The notes below the pieces were generated by a model. That model ran no database searches and was not told the origin of the DNA. It worked only from the letters and a program-made list of their open reading frames with translations. Source: Naegleria gruberi (lineage: Eukaryota). Taken from it: a stretch of DNA of 64,000 nucleotides. This document shows, in pieces, positions 10,835 to 21,878 of this stretch. Position numbers and translations under genes: made by a program. Where the stretch lies: NCBI GenBank assembly GCA_000004985.1, contig GG738914.1, one strand, 5' to 3'. Position 1 is the first letter of the stretch. Each line of letters opens with the position of its first letter.

Positions 10835-11341
10835 TCAACAGATAATGCAAGACTTCTTTTGCTTGTAGAATTTGTCAATAAAATCAAGTTGGTTCTTGTT
10901 GATGGCTCCTCTTCTCTTCTTTCGGAGGAATTGAACTGCTTCTAATCCTGTCATGTTGCATCGTTTAATAAGTGCCAAAGCTACAAGAATAGGAGCTCTA
11001 CCAAGACCAGCAACACAGTGAACAGCAATACAAGGAAGATCATCGGAATCTCCTTCTTTTGGTGGGAATACTTTATCAACAAGATCCAACCAATCTTGGA
11101 TAACGTGCTTTGGTGGAGAAGAACCATCATCAAAAGCCCAATCAAAGAATTTAATACCTGCTCGTTCAACTACTTCCTTATCATAGGTTGCTTGGCAAAC
11201 TCTGACACAGTGAGTCACATTATTTTGTTTAAATTCCTTAACGTAAAGATGAATATTAGTATCGGATGGAGCATCAGAAATTAAAAACTTGATACCACCA
11301 TGTTCGATGAGAGATGGAGCGTTTGTGAGAGTTACTGCCAT
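10835..11341 (-). CDS. PRL-family (PTP4A-like) protein tyrosine phosphatase with a C-terminal CAAX prenylation box
   Basis: The P-loop VHCVAGLGRAP matches the PRL consensus, and the alignment to human PRL-1 holds throughout (WAFDDGSSPP resembles WPFDDGAPP; VQFLRKKRRGAINKNQL resembles VQFIRQKRRGAFNSKQL). The protein ends in CIIC. It is a single exon with an ATG start. Confidence 0.85.
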   Translation of the reverse strand: MAVTLTNAPSLIEHGGIKFLISDAPSDTNIHLYVKEFKQNNVTHCVRVCQATYDKEVVERAGIKFFDWAFDDGSSPPKHVIQDWLDLVDKVFPPKEGDSDDLPCIAVHCVAGLGRAPILVALALIKRCNMTGLEAVQFLRKKRRGAINKNQLDFIDKFYKQKKSCIIC

Positions 11342-12368
11342 TTGTATTGTTGTTGTTGTGTTCCAATTACTTGTTGAGAGTAGTCGTTGTTGTTTTTTTT
11401 AAAATGTACGGGAAAATTCAAATGTTTGCTATTTGTTGTTCCAAGTTGTTTTCTATTGTTATTGTTGTTGTTAGAAAACACTGACTGTATATTGGATGAT
11501 GATGAGGTAAATAGGGTTGGAGTGTGGGAAGAGAGGGGATTGATGGAAGGTTGTTTTTTCAAAATTGAATAAATACTTGTCGTTTTGGATGAAATATTAA
11601 TAGTTTTCTCACTGTTGTTAGCGTCGAGTTTCTATTCGTTGTGTTGTTGTCTATTATTAACACCAGATGATGGTTTCGGAAGGAGGTTTGTATTAATTGG
11701 ATTTTTAGAAGTTGGGAAAACTATCTTGGTTTGGGTGTCAATTAATCCAAAAGTTTGTGTATTGATGGTGGTAGTAAGGATTTGGTGTTAATTTTTTCTT
11801 CTTCGTTCGCTTTTGAGAATCTTTACTCAGGCGCCAAAAAATTCTGTCAAATTAATAAAAATCTAAAAAATCCAAAGTTTGAGTTTGAGGGTTGACAGTT
11901 TTAAGAGTTGAAAAAAAGAACATTACAATAAGGATTGAGGTTGTATTTTTAAACAATTACTTTAATTAATGTCTGTTAGAAATGATCGAATTTCAGCTGC
12001 TCATTCCAATTCCTTTGAATATTTGCTAATTAGTTTGAAACTCCAAGATATTTTGCTTCCATTTTCAATTCAATTTTTGTAACACCACTTGTTGATATCC
12101 ATTCACCTCCTTCCAACCCAACACTCTATTATACAATCACATCAGTCCCAAAAACCATTGAATCATTTCAAAACGTGAAAACTCTCATCACGATTCAACA
12201 TAAAAAGGTAACAAAAACTTTGTAAAATTAAAAATAGACCGGAATTTGAAGAACGGTTGATGAAACCTTCTAAAACAAAAAGCCACAACAACAACATCAT
12301 CGAGTGCTTGTGTTCTTCATCATCAGAGATTGCAATTTAATCAGTTGAGATTTATTCCGGATTTAAAA

Positions 12369-15044
12369 ATGGTGGAAAAGCAAAGTTTTGATTTACCTGT
12401 TTTTTGTGCCATCACTGGTAAATTGTTATCGAATAGTGCCAATCAATTGGAGAACAAATCATCAAACCAATACGGAACTTTTGTTTTGAAAAATCAGATC
12501 AAGAATTGTTATTACTTTTACGATCCGTCCATATCAATTGAATCAGTGAATGATCTTTTTAATAGATTTGAGAAAAAGACGTTAAATAATTTGCCAAACG
12601 ATGTAGATGATATGCAAGATACAAAGGGAAGAGTTTTTATTAAAGCTTCCCATTTGAAACATGCTGTTCAAGTTTTAGATGAAGTGTTCAATCAATGTAG
12701 TGAATTGTACAATAATATTAGCCATAGAAAGGATGCTATGCATACTTGTTTGAACAATTTATTGGATCAAAAGTTGGGAGATTTGTCAGACAGTTCAAAG
12801 AAGGAGTTGGAAGAAATTGGTGAAGAATTTAGAGAATTCCAAAAGAAATTCAGTTCAGCCGACGATATTATTCAATTGATGAGATCAACCAAAGACAATG
12901 CTCTCTTAAAAGTTACCAATGAAGATGAACAAAAGATAAAGGAAAAGTATGAAGTTGTAATTGAATGTTTGAAAATTGAAAAGTACATCTTGAAGGCAGT
13001 CAAATCATCTGAAGAAAAAGTACAAACAATTCAAAAGTCAGAAGAATCAGAAAAATTACTCCACCTCTATGAGAGTATTGTAGAAGTTTGGGAAAAGATT
13101 GAAACTTGGACACCACTTAAGGAACAAATCGTAGAAACCATTGGTAAGACATCATCAGTGAGTGGAGAGTTGCCATTATCAAATTTTGAAATTACTCTTG
13201 ACACTTTGATTGAAAAGGCCCACATCAAGTACAACCTTCTCCAAAATTCAATGAATGAGTTGATGGGATACTGTATTGATTGTAATATTCCACTTTCATC
13301 ACTCATGAAAGAACTCAATACTCTCAATCTTACCATTGAGACATGCTTACACTCTGTAAATACCTACAAGGAAGGAGTTAATTTGCTAAGAAGACTCAGA
13401 TTCCTTTCTACATTACCTAACCTCTATCAAATCTCAATGCATGAAGTTGTTAGAAGAAAGCAACAATTCAAAGCACAAAAGCTTGAAAATGACACTATGA
13501 ATACTGTTGAACAAATTATTTGGATTAACTGCCAACTCGAAAATGAGAAGAGAGAAGAATTTGAAGAACAAGTTCGTAGATTGGCTCCTGATCCAAAATA
13601 CATCAAGGAACTTAACAAGTTGGTACCTGGATTGATTGGTGAGAGAGTGAGTAGTAAGGTTCTCGTCTCGAGAGTTCAACAATTCATGACTAGTATGCTC
13701 AGATCCGTTGACTCAGGGTTGCCAGACATTACTAAATTGGAGGATATTGAATTCTTTGTTTCTTCTCCAAATACTGAAAAGAATAATGCTCTTGGTGATA
13801 CTGTCATTATTGATAATGATTTTACACAAAGTATGCTTGCATCAACCATGACTAGAAGTACCCTCATCACTCATGTAGTTAATAAGCTCCCAGAGGTAAA
13901 TAGACACATTGATGAACAACTCGAGCACATCAAACAATTGGAAACTCCTCCAAAGGAAGAAGTTGTAGTTGAAGAAACTCCAATTCAAAAGAAGCACCAA
14001 GAAATTTCTGAATTCTACTCTGGTCTTATGGCAGCTGCTGCCAACATTCCAACCTGTATCAAGACTAAGGGTAGAGAAGTAGAATTGGAAGCTGAAATTC
14101 TCAAACTCAGAAATGAGCTTGACTCTCATAGAAATTTATTCGAAAGTCTCAAATATCAACTCAAAGAGGAACAAAGAAGTTATCAAGAACAATTGAACAG
14201 CAAGACTATTGCCTACAACAAGATTGAAAAGGATTATGAGTTGTTAAAGAGTAAATATCAAGAAATGGATAAGCAAATGAGCACCCTCAGTATCAAATTA
14301 ATTGACCAAGACCAGAAAATGAGAGAAATTAGAGAAAAGGCAAACTCTGCCGAAACTTTGTCTCTTGAATTGGATCAAGCCAGAAAGGAACTTCAATCCA
14401 TGAAAGACTTACGTATCAAACAAGGCAATGATGAGGTAAGACACCTTGCTACTCTGAATGATCAGTTACAACAAGCTGTCAAGCAATTGCAAACCAAGCT
14501 CACCAGTACTGAGGAACAAGCAGCCCAATCTAAAAAGATGTTTAACAAGAAGATTGAAGAGCTACAGGCCAGTATTGACAATTCGAGTGAGACCTCAGTC
14601 ATTCAACTCAAGGTTATTGCAACTTTGAAGGACAGTTTGGAATCTGAAAAGAAGAAACTTAAGAAGGCTGAACAAGACAAGGCAACCCTAAAGACTGAAT
14701 TGGAGAAGCTCAAGGAACAAATAATGAAAGAACAAAGCTCCAAGACAAGCAGCAGTGGATCTTCTTCGAACAAGCAAGAAATATCTATTGGAGATTCGGC
14801 CCAATTCTCACCAGTCAAGATTGGTGGAAAGATCTATTGGCAAGCAGCCACTAGAACCAACAAGTACTTCCTCTCTCCAGAAACCATTGAAGCACTTCAA
14901 TCATACTATCAAGACAATTTCCAAAACCAACATACCCTTGTTGTGAATGTTATCGAGCTTAATGCAGTGAACTCTATGAATGAGCAAGAAAATCCATACC
15001 AATTCAATTTCCCTCACTCACTAGTTACTGGGTATATTTTGTAG
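12369..15044 (+). CDS. large coiled-coil protein, possibly an Atg11/FIP200 (RB1CC1)-like autophagy scaffold
   Basis: More than 600 aa is heptad-rich coiled coil. The C-terminal FSPVKIGGKIYW...NKYFLSPETIEAL resembles the FIP200 claw region (DFQVGDLVLII...TLYFLHSESLPAL). The track ORF begins at a TTG, and the first ATG is at 12369. Confidence 0.4.
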   Translation: MVEKQSFDLPVFCAITGKLLSNSANQLENKSSNQYGTFVLKNQIKNCYYFYDPSISIESVNDLFNRFEKKTLNNLPNDVDDMQDTKGRVFIKASHLKHAVQVLDEVFNQCSELYNNISHRKDAMHTCLNNLLDQKLGDLSDSSKKELEEIGEEFREFQKKFSSADDIIQLMRSTKDNALLKVTNEDEQKIKEKYEVVIECLKIEKYILKAVKSSEEKVQTIQKSEESEKLLHLYESIVEVWEKIETWTPLKEQIVETIGKTSSVSGELPLSNFEITLDTLIEKAHIKYNLLQNSMNELMGYCIDCNIPLSSLMKELNTLNLTIETCLHSVNTYKEGVNLLRRLRFLSTLPNLYQISMHEVVRRKQQFKAQKLENDTMNTVEQIIWINCQLENEKREEFEEQVRRLAPDPKYIKELNKLVPGLIGERVSSKVLVSRVQQFMTSMLRSVDSGLPDITKLEDIEFFVSSPNTEKNNALGDTVIIDNDFTQSMLASTMTRSTLITHVVNKLPEVNRHIDEQLEHIKQLETPPKEEVVVEETPIQKKHQEISEFYSGLMAAAANIPTCIKTKGREVELEAEILKLRNELDSHRNLFESLKYQLKEEQRSYQEQLNSKTIAYNKIEKDYELLKSKYQEMDKQMSTLSIKLIDQDQKMREIREKANSAETLSLELDQARKELQSMKDLRIKQGNDEVRHLATLNDQLQQAVKQLQTKLTSTEEQAAQSKKMFNKKIEELQASIDNSSETSVIQLKVIATLKDSLESEKKKLKKAEQDKATLKTELEKLKEQIMKEQSSKTSSSGSSSNKQEISIGDSAQFSPVKIGGKIYWQAATRTNKYFLSPETIEALQSYYQDNFQNQHTLVVNVIELNAVNSMNEQENPYQFNFPHSLVTGYIL

Positions 15045-16686
15045 AGTGTATAAAACTAACAACTACGTATTAATAGTAAACTGAAATATCTACTCTTGTG
15101 GATTTGTTTAGCTAAACACAACCCCTTGTTGGGCTGCTACAGTAATGAGAGACAAATAAGATGCTCAACCCGAAAGCTGAATTATGGAATAATTGATTCA
15201 AGTCTAGTTTTTCCACATCAAGGAGCAAAATTTGTCCTTCACTTGGCCTTGGAAACTTCCACAGTTTTAAATGGCCAGCACCACAAGATGCACATCATCG
15301 TTAAAAACTAGGATTCAATTGTTGAATATTGATATTGTATCGCTTAATTACGGTGCGTTGAACAGTCCTTCTATAAACCAATTACCCTTAAAGGAAGGAA
15401 TTGGTCCCTTAAGGAATTGTCATTGAGAGAACATTTGGATATGCGTATTTATTGAGAGGTTTTAGTGAAATCAAACACATTATTAAGGTTCGTTATTGTT
15501 TTATTTATCCACCAAGTCGCACCACTCGCTATTTGGAGATTTTTCATAAGAAGCCATGTGCCCCTTACTTTTTTGAATCCCAAGCAGCAGCTGATTATTC
15601 CTCACTCGTTTAACGGGTTGTTTTCTTTATTTGCATGCATTTTGGAGAACCTTTCCCGCCTTAGCCCAGAGATGTTGTTCATGCTTAAGAAGCGAATAAG
15701 AGCCAAACAAAAACCTCAACAAGAAGAACGACAACAACAACATAATTTCAGCATCACCACAACCACATATTGCATCACAAGTAGAATTGCTTTTTGCCTT
15801 ATAAAAAAGAGCAACGACGACTACGACCCTATAACAACGATACGTCGTCTTCTTTTCTGAGCATAAAACAAGAGGAACAACGACGTAACACACACATACT
15901 AAGCATATTCAACACAAGCAGCATCATCATCAACATTCTCTCATCAATTCTCTAAAATTGTTGTTGAGGAGCACTACGAATATACGAATAATATAACATT
16001 TGGTTACAAACTGCAAAAAGCACGTGATAACCATCTTCAACAACAGACAATATCTTTGCATTACTTGTATTTCGTAACATACTTGCTACATCAATATAAG
16101 GCAAGAAACACAGGAATCCTATTTTTAAAATATACTTACTGAGACACTATCATTTAAACACACGATACAAGTGGCAATTTCATACTCTCTGCAAATTTAC
16201 TTTCCATATTGAAGAACACTTCCCAATAATACTGTAAAGGCAAGTTTTCGAAGGACCATCGCCGACTGAATCTCTTATTGAATACAAGCATAATTAGACT
16301 GACAACTGACACTGGCAACAAACACCATTGCATTTGCTCAATTATCCAGCCTGTCCTACCATAAAGAATAAGAGTTAAACGACAAATCACCGAACACAGC
16401 AAGAAATTGTGATATGCAGGTCCTCTTTAGACATTGTTGAGTAATTGAAAAAAAGGTGAGTACACTAACCATTTGTTTTATTCATGTCACGACAATGCAA
16501 CATTTGGCATTCATCTCCACCATGTTGGGAATTTTCATTTGTAATTTTACTTTCTGTTTCATGAACACAAATCTCTGGAATTTGAAAAAAAGAATCGGAA
16601 CACTAAGTTTCTCTAGTAACAATATTTACATTTAAAAGAAGAATTAATAGTTGAATAGCTAGTAGTAGTACATCACAACATTAATA

Positions 16687-16712
16687 GCAGCAGTAGTAGT
16701 AGTAGAAACAAT
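16687..16712. repeat. trinucleotide microsatellite (CAG)2(TAG)5-like
   Basis: The sequence gcagcagtagtagtagtagaaac is read directly from the window. Confidence 0.4.
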
Positions 16713-17263
16713 TTATAAGGACTATGAAAGGGGGAAAAGCTAATGCCTCTTTCTCTTCATCGAACATCAACTCTACATGTTGTATTCTTAATTGCAACAA
16801 ACCTTCCTCTATAAGAAATTTTAGTTGTTTGCAAGGGTAAGTAATTTCTAGTGTGGTAGTGTTCACATGTTACATCATGTTCTTTATTCACTGTTTTGCT
16901 AAACCTTCTTGATGGTATGTGTTTTGAATGCAAACTATTTGCTGCCATGCCCACATATTCACTGTCTTTCATGTAATGGTTGAAACATGTTGTTGTGTTG
17001 AAAAAACATACGGAAAATGAATTTGGTAAACCCGGCAATTGATGCCTATTTTGAAAATGGGATGATTTGTTTGGTACTCCTACCGTATCTGTAAAACTAA
17101 TTAATTTGTTAAATTGCTACTTCAAATGTAAATGGGTAGTATTTGGAAATTAAAATTAGAGCATGCTCAAAGCACGAATATAGAAGGACTTAAAATTTGC
17201 ACAAGTATGTGTTTTTACTGTTTTCAAATTAAATAACAATCACAAGCTCACTACAATGAGGAT

Positions 17264-18274
17264 TTGAGACAACATCCAAGAGTTGGAGGACAAGGAAATA
17301 ACCATCACACAACAAGGAAGGATAAACAGAGAAAACGAAGATTACAAGAGGAGAAGAAGAGACTGCTGACTGAGGCAGTAAAAAAGAATGGAGGAGAAAC
17401 ACCTCAAGAGTTGGAGGAAGAATTAAACAAATTATCTGCACAAATTGATGAACAGTCTGATTCTGGAGAGGAAGTGGAAAATAATTCATCACCTTCCAGT
17501 AATAATATAACACCAAGAACAGTTCGGAAACGAAAAACATCATCACAAAAAAGAAAGTTTAAGGAAGATGAAGCTAGGGAGGATTATTCTAGTGATGATG
17601 ACGATGATTACAGTGGTGCTTCTTCCGCATCCAACAACTCTCCTAAAATGCCTAGATTCGAAACAGTAAATACTGTAGAGATTGTGGAAGAAACAGTTCA
17701 ACAACAGGTGATTGAACAACAACCAAACTCACCACCACATGTTTCTAACAGTAAGAGAAAACGAAATTTTGTCAGAAATAACGAGCAAGAAATGATGAAT
17801 TATGGAAATAGGTATTATGAGTTACTAAGTGGAGTCAAATTTGCCGAATTTGCACCTCATATTTCAATGGTGCACAATTTATCGAATAATCTATCTTTGA
17901 AATATGACTTGACATTATTTAGAGAGATGATCAAGTTATTCCCTCCTAACAAGTATTTTGTTCACATTGAGGATAATGCACAGAGATACGTACTGAAATT
18001 ACATTTACCAGAAAGTGCAGATTCCAACCCATCACTAGACCTCAAACCTATTTCGCTTCTTTTCTCTCTCTCTTCCCTAAGTGTAAATGAGGACCATATG
18101 AGTCACTCTCCCTTACCTCATCTGAATGACCAATCAACAGTCAAGGAAAGTTTTCAACCAACAATTTTGCATGACAATATTATGTGGAAAGAATTAAGAT
18201 GGGGTTTACAATCTTTAAAAATTAGAGACTGCGAATACCAATTAAGATGCTTTCAATTTATTCCAATATCATAA
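17264..18274 (+). CDS. hypothetical Lys/Glu/Ser-rich protein with NLS-like stretches, probably nuclear; the 5' end is uncertain
   Basis: This is a long open frame with KRK/RKRK motifs and an acidic Ser/Asp stretch. The listed start is not an ATG, so an upstream exon is possible. Confidence 0.3.
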   Translation: MRQHPRVGGQGNNHHTTRKDKQRKRRLQEEKKRLLTEAVKKNGGETPQELEEELNKLSAQIDEQSDSGEEVENNSSPSSNNITPRTVRKRKTSSQKRKFKEDEAREDYSSDDDDDYSGASSASNNSPKMPRFETVNTVEIVEETVQQQVIEQQPNSPPHVSNSKRKRNFVRNNEQEMMNYGNRYYELLSGVKFAEFAPHISMVHNLSNNLSLKYDLTLFREMIKLFPPNKYFVHIEDNAQRYVLKLHLPESADSNPSLDLKPISLLFSLSSLSVNEDHMSHSPLPHLNDQSTVKESFQPTILHDNIMWKELRWGLQSLKIRDCEYQLRCFQFIPIS

Positions 18275-18277
18275 GAT

Positions 18278-19437
18278 TTATTCCAAATGTCTATTTACAG
18301 ATGCTCTATTATGTACATGGGAAGAATTGGAGGAGATCGATGCCTGAGATCCACCTGTGAGCAAGCTTCTTCTTTCCATTGAGTGCATGGCACCTTGCAT
18401 TGATGCATACAAGCTCGATAATGATGGATTCAGTGGACCCCAAACAATTATAAGGCAAACACAGAGGAAGGCCAAAACAGCGTCACCAGCTAGGGTGAAG
18501 AATGGCAATGACTCTTTCAAAACATTTTGAAAATCAAGTGTATGAATTGTTAATATAGTTGACATGAAAACAACCATGGCAGCTGAGATACCAACACAAG
18601 ATCCAAGGAACTATAAAAATTATTAAATAGAGTTTGTCAATGAAACTTACTGAACGAGTACATTTTCTTGCAATATAATCATCCAAAAGAATATATCTTC
18701 CATTGAAAATGTGGAATGCAATTCCATAAAGTCCAACACAAACTTGAATTAAAAATTGCCATGCATAGCATCCAATAAATACATAAAAGGTAACTTCAGT
18801 AAGAACTGCTGGTTCCAACTCTTTGAAAAATACATCAATAGTATGTTGAGCAATTGATAATCCAAATGACCCAGCTAATAATAGGGCATTAAATCCAACA
18901 ATTAGTGTGAAAATAATTTTGTAAACCAATAGTCCTGTATTAGAAACCACATAACCATTCACTGTATATTGCTTAATAGCATAATAGAGAGTAACCAATG
19001 ACACTGAGAATAATAAAATTGTTGTAAAATAGAGAGTGACATATTGAACAATTGTCAATACAAAGGTTGCAATCTTATTATCCAACAATTCAAAAATCGG
19101 ACACACCACATGAATTGATTTCACTATTTTTGATCATCAATATATTCCATCACATTTTCCACTTACCCAAACAAAATACCAACATGACAATAGAAATACT
19201 TGGTACAATACTATCCATAAGGAATCTCTTTGTCAAACTACTTCTCTTTGTTACAAATAAAATTACATAAAACAATGCACACAACAAAAATACAATTGCC
19301 AAACAACCATCAATAATATAAAACACCAATTCGGTTGTTCTTTCATCACTCTCCGCATCCCTCACATAGCCATCATTTTCCTGTTGTAATCTTACAAAAT
19401 TATAAAGCCATCCACTTAATTCCGAAAAATTCATCAT
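18278..19437 (-). CDS. multi-pass membrane protein split over at least 3 ORFs; the introns are not resolved
   Basis: Three same-strand ORFs (18278-18577, 18534-19124, 19150-19437) each encode hydrophobic helices, and the downstream ORFs lack true ATG starts. Confidence 0.3.
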
Positions 19438-19912
19438 TTGTGATGTCCTCCTCTATCCTAGTCTTCTACTATTACAAAACACAAAATACACAATATATAT
19501 GAAGAATAAATTTTCGTTCCGAAATCTTTGATGATTTTGTGTTCAGAAAAATGATGAAAAAATTCCTCGCCCACAAAAAGATATTTTTTTTTAGTGTTGT
19601 GCCTTGTTTCGCAATTTCGGAGAGTTTGAGGAGTTTGAAAAAAGAACCCCGAAATGGGTTTTTTAAAAGTGTTGTTACAATATTTACAATTCATTTGAAC
19701 GTGCTGAGAGAATTGGATTAAGTTTTTTAAGAAAATCAAACTAGTACCAGTATAATAATTTTGTAAACTGTGAACAGATATTGAACAAGTGGCAATTTAT
19801 TGGTCAATAATTATTATCACAGTGGGCGTTCTTTCAAATAATACCCAAAATCTATTTAAATATCTTTTCAAAAAACAAATCAAAACAAAATATCCAAAAA
19901 TCTACTAAGAAA

Positions 19913-20074
19913 ATGTGTAAATGGGGATGCTCCACTGCTAACATGATGTTTAAATGCAAGTTCTGTGGTACTGGATATTGCAGCAGCTGTTCAAAAGGTG
20001 ATTTTGGAAAGATGAAAGCTGCCAATGTTTGTGGATCTTGTGGTAAATCCAATCACAGAGGAGACAAGTTGTAA
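19913..20074 (+). CDS. small 53-aa Cys8 zinc-ribbon-like protein; it falls below the ORF-track size cutoff
   Basis: ATG at 19913 and TAA at 20072. The translation is MCKWGCSTANMMFKCKFCGTGYCSSCSKGDFGKMKAANVCGSCGKSNHRGDKL, with four CxxC-type pairs. Confidence 0.35.
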   Translation: MCKWGCSTANMMFKCKFCGTGYCSSCSKGDFGKMKAANVCGSCGKSNHRGDKL

Positions 20075-20254
20075 TATGGCCACATCAATTTCGATTCGTA
20101 TAATAAAAATTATCGTTTTTCATTTCATCTACTGATAATTCATTTCTCTTAAATGTTTCCTTTACAATTTCCTTTACATTTTCCAATTTCTTTCAAAGTT
20201 TAAAAATCAAAATGCAAAATGTAAAATAAATTCAAATAAATTTACAAAAAAAAA

Positions 20255-21478
20255 ATGCAACTTGATGATCTTCCAGATGAGAATATTTCTTTTATTTTTC
20301 AATATTTAAATACAAGTACCATTCTACTGCAATGTTCTCTGGTTTCTCATCGATGGTTAATTATCGCATCGGAGGTAGATCTTCATGTTGTCATTCAAAA
20401 TAATTTCAGGAAGGCTAATTGTTTTCTTTCTCTTCTAGATGATCAAATGTTGCAGGTGAAGAGTTTGAGTTTGAGTAAAAATCATCTCAATACAAAACAC
20501 GTAGAAATGATAATCTGTTCAAAATATTTGCAAAATATTTCTGATTTGGATTTGAGTTATAATAATATTGGAACTGATTACTTGTGTAGGAGAATGATGA
20601 AATGTTTGGGGAATTTGAGAGCTTTGAATTTGAGATATAGTGGATTTGGTGGAATTTTGATTAAATTGGATGGGTTTTCGTCCAATTCAACTCTTAGCAA
20701 TTTGACAAGTTTGGATTTGAGTTATGAGAGAGTTGAGGAGCATGGTGCAGAATATATTTCGAATAATTTAAAAAAGTTACAGATATTAAAGTTGAGAGGA
20801 TGCTTTATTCAAGATGTGGGTGTTAAGCATATTTGCAATTTGGAACAATTGACCTCTTTGGATTTGAGTTTTAATAACATTGGAAGGGAAGGTTGTGCCT
20901 TTATCAGTAATGGTAAATTAATGAAAAATTTGAAAACATTAGATATCAGTAACAACTTTTTATTTAGTCATTTGGCACTGCCTTTGTTATTCTCTGGTGA
21001 AAATGGTAAAAATTTGACAAGTTTGAATATGAGTGGTCTTTACATAAGTATGGGTAATGAACTTGTCAGTTTGAACAATTTAAGAGAATTGAATTTATCA
21101 AAGTGTAAATCAATGGGATGTTTAAACCGTTTAAACTCGTGTGATTTACTTTCGAAATTGACCATTTTGAATATTGATTGTAACATGATTGGAAATGTAA
21201 ACTTGAACAAACTTCAAAAATGTAAAAATCTGAAAGAATTGAATATTTCAAGAAATAACATTACATGCTCTGGTGCCTATGAATTAAGTCAATTTGATCT
21301 ACCTAATTTAACCACTCTCATACTAGATGGAAATGATATCCAATATTATGGAATCCTTTCAATATTGAATAGCAAGACACTTCCAAATCCTAAACAACTT
21401 CTTTCCAAAAACAAATCAGCTGTAATTCAAGGATTGTTAGCCACCGTCATGAAAACATCCCTTGTTGAAGATCAATAG
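20255..21478 (+). CDS. F-box / leucine-rich-repeat protein
   Basis: An N-terminal F-box-like motif (LPDENISFIFQYLNTSTILLQCSLVSHRW) is followed by LDLSxNNIG-type LRRs. The start codon is an ATG. Confidence 0.7.
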   Translation: MQLDDLPDENISFIFQYLNTSTILLQCSLVSHRWLIIASEVDLHVVIQNNFRKANCFLSLLDDQMLQVKSLSLSKNHLNTKHVEMIICSKYLQNISDLDLSYNNIGTDYLCRRMMKCLGNLRALNLRYSGFGGILIKLDGFSSNSTLSNLTSLDLSYERVEEHGAEYISNNLKKLQILKLRGCFIQDVGVKHICNLEQLTSLDLSFNNIGREGCAFISNGKLMKNLKTLDISNNFLFSHLALPLLFSGENGKNLTSLNMSGLYISMGNELVSLNNLRELNLSKCKSMGCLNRLNSCDLLSKLTILNIDCNMIGNVNLNKLQKCKNLKELNISRNNITCSGAYELSQFDLPNLTTLILDGNDIQYYGILSILNSKTLPNPKQLLSKNKSAVIQGLLATVMKTSLVEDQ

Positions 21479-21701
21479 GTAAGAATACTTACCACCAAAT
21501 GATTTCGAATTAATTTCCATTCATGCGGATTAATCTCATCAAGTACTTAGTTTATTCTTCTGAGATATTCAAGTTTGAGATGCGTAATAATTGTGCCATC
21601 TCATCTATAAACAAAATGGTTCCAAAACTGTTAACCGTTGATTGTCTCACTCGAATATATTTACAGAACTCATACATACTGAGAAAACATAAAAATTATC
21701 A

Positions 21702-21772
21702 TGCGTCGACCGGGAATTGAACCCGGGTCACGGCGATGGCAACGCCGTATTCTACCACTAAACCATCGACGC
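21702..21772 (-). tRNA. tRNA-Gly (anticodon GCC)
   Basis: The reverse complement GCGTCGATGGTTTAGTGGTAGAATACGGCGTTGCCATCGCCGTGACCCGGGTTCAATTCCCGGTCGACGCA folds as a cloverleaf with a fully paired 7-bp acceptor stem. The anticodon loop is TTGCCAT, and the sequence closely resembles eukaryotic Gly-GCC. Confidence 0.9.
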
Positions 21773-21878
21773 CTTCATATTCATCAAGAATGCATTCTTC
21801 CAAAGTAACAACGAATTAGGTTTGGTCAATTTACAACATTTGTTGAAAAGATCAATTCTGAATAAAACCTTTTAAAAA

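Noticed and set aside
11332-11562. PolyQ/polyN ORFs on both strands upstream of the PRL gene
   Set aside because: They are produced by (TTG)n/(CAA)n microsatellites in an AT-rich leader. They lack ATG context and domain content, so they are most likely non-coding.
15465-17250. Scattered 60-130-aa ORFs (15465-15860, 16154-16402, 16757-17038) between the coiled-coil gene and 17264
   Set aside because: They have no ATG-anchored continuous frame or recognisable domains. They may belong to an intron-rich small gene that I cannot resolve without transcript data.
21702-21772. tRNA-targeted retroelement (TRE-like) association
   Set aside because: The only retroelement, at 6960-9223, is more than 12 kb from either tRNA gene, so there is no evidence of tRNA-directed integration here.
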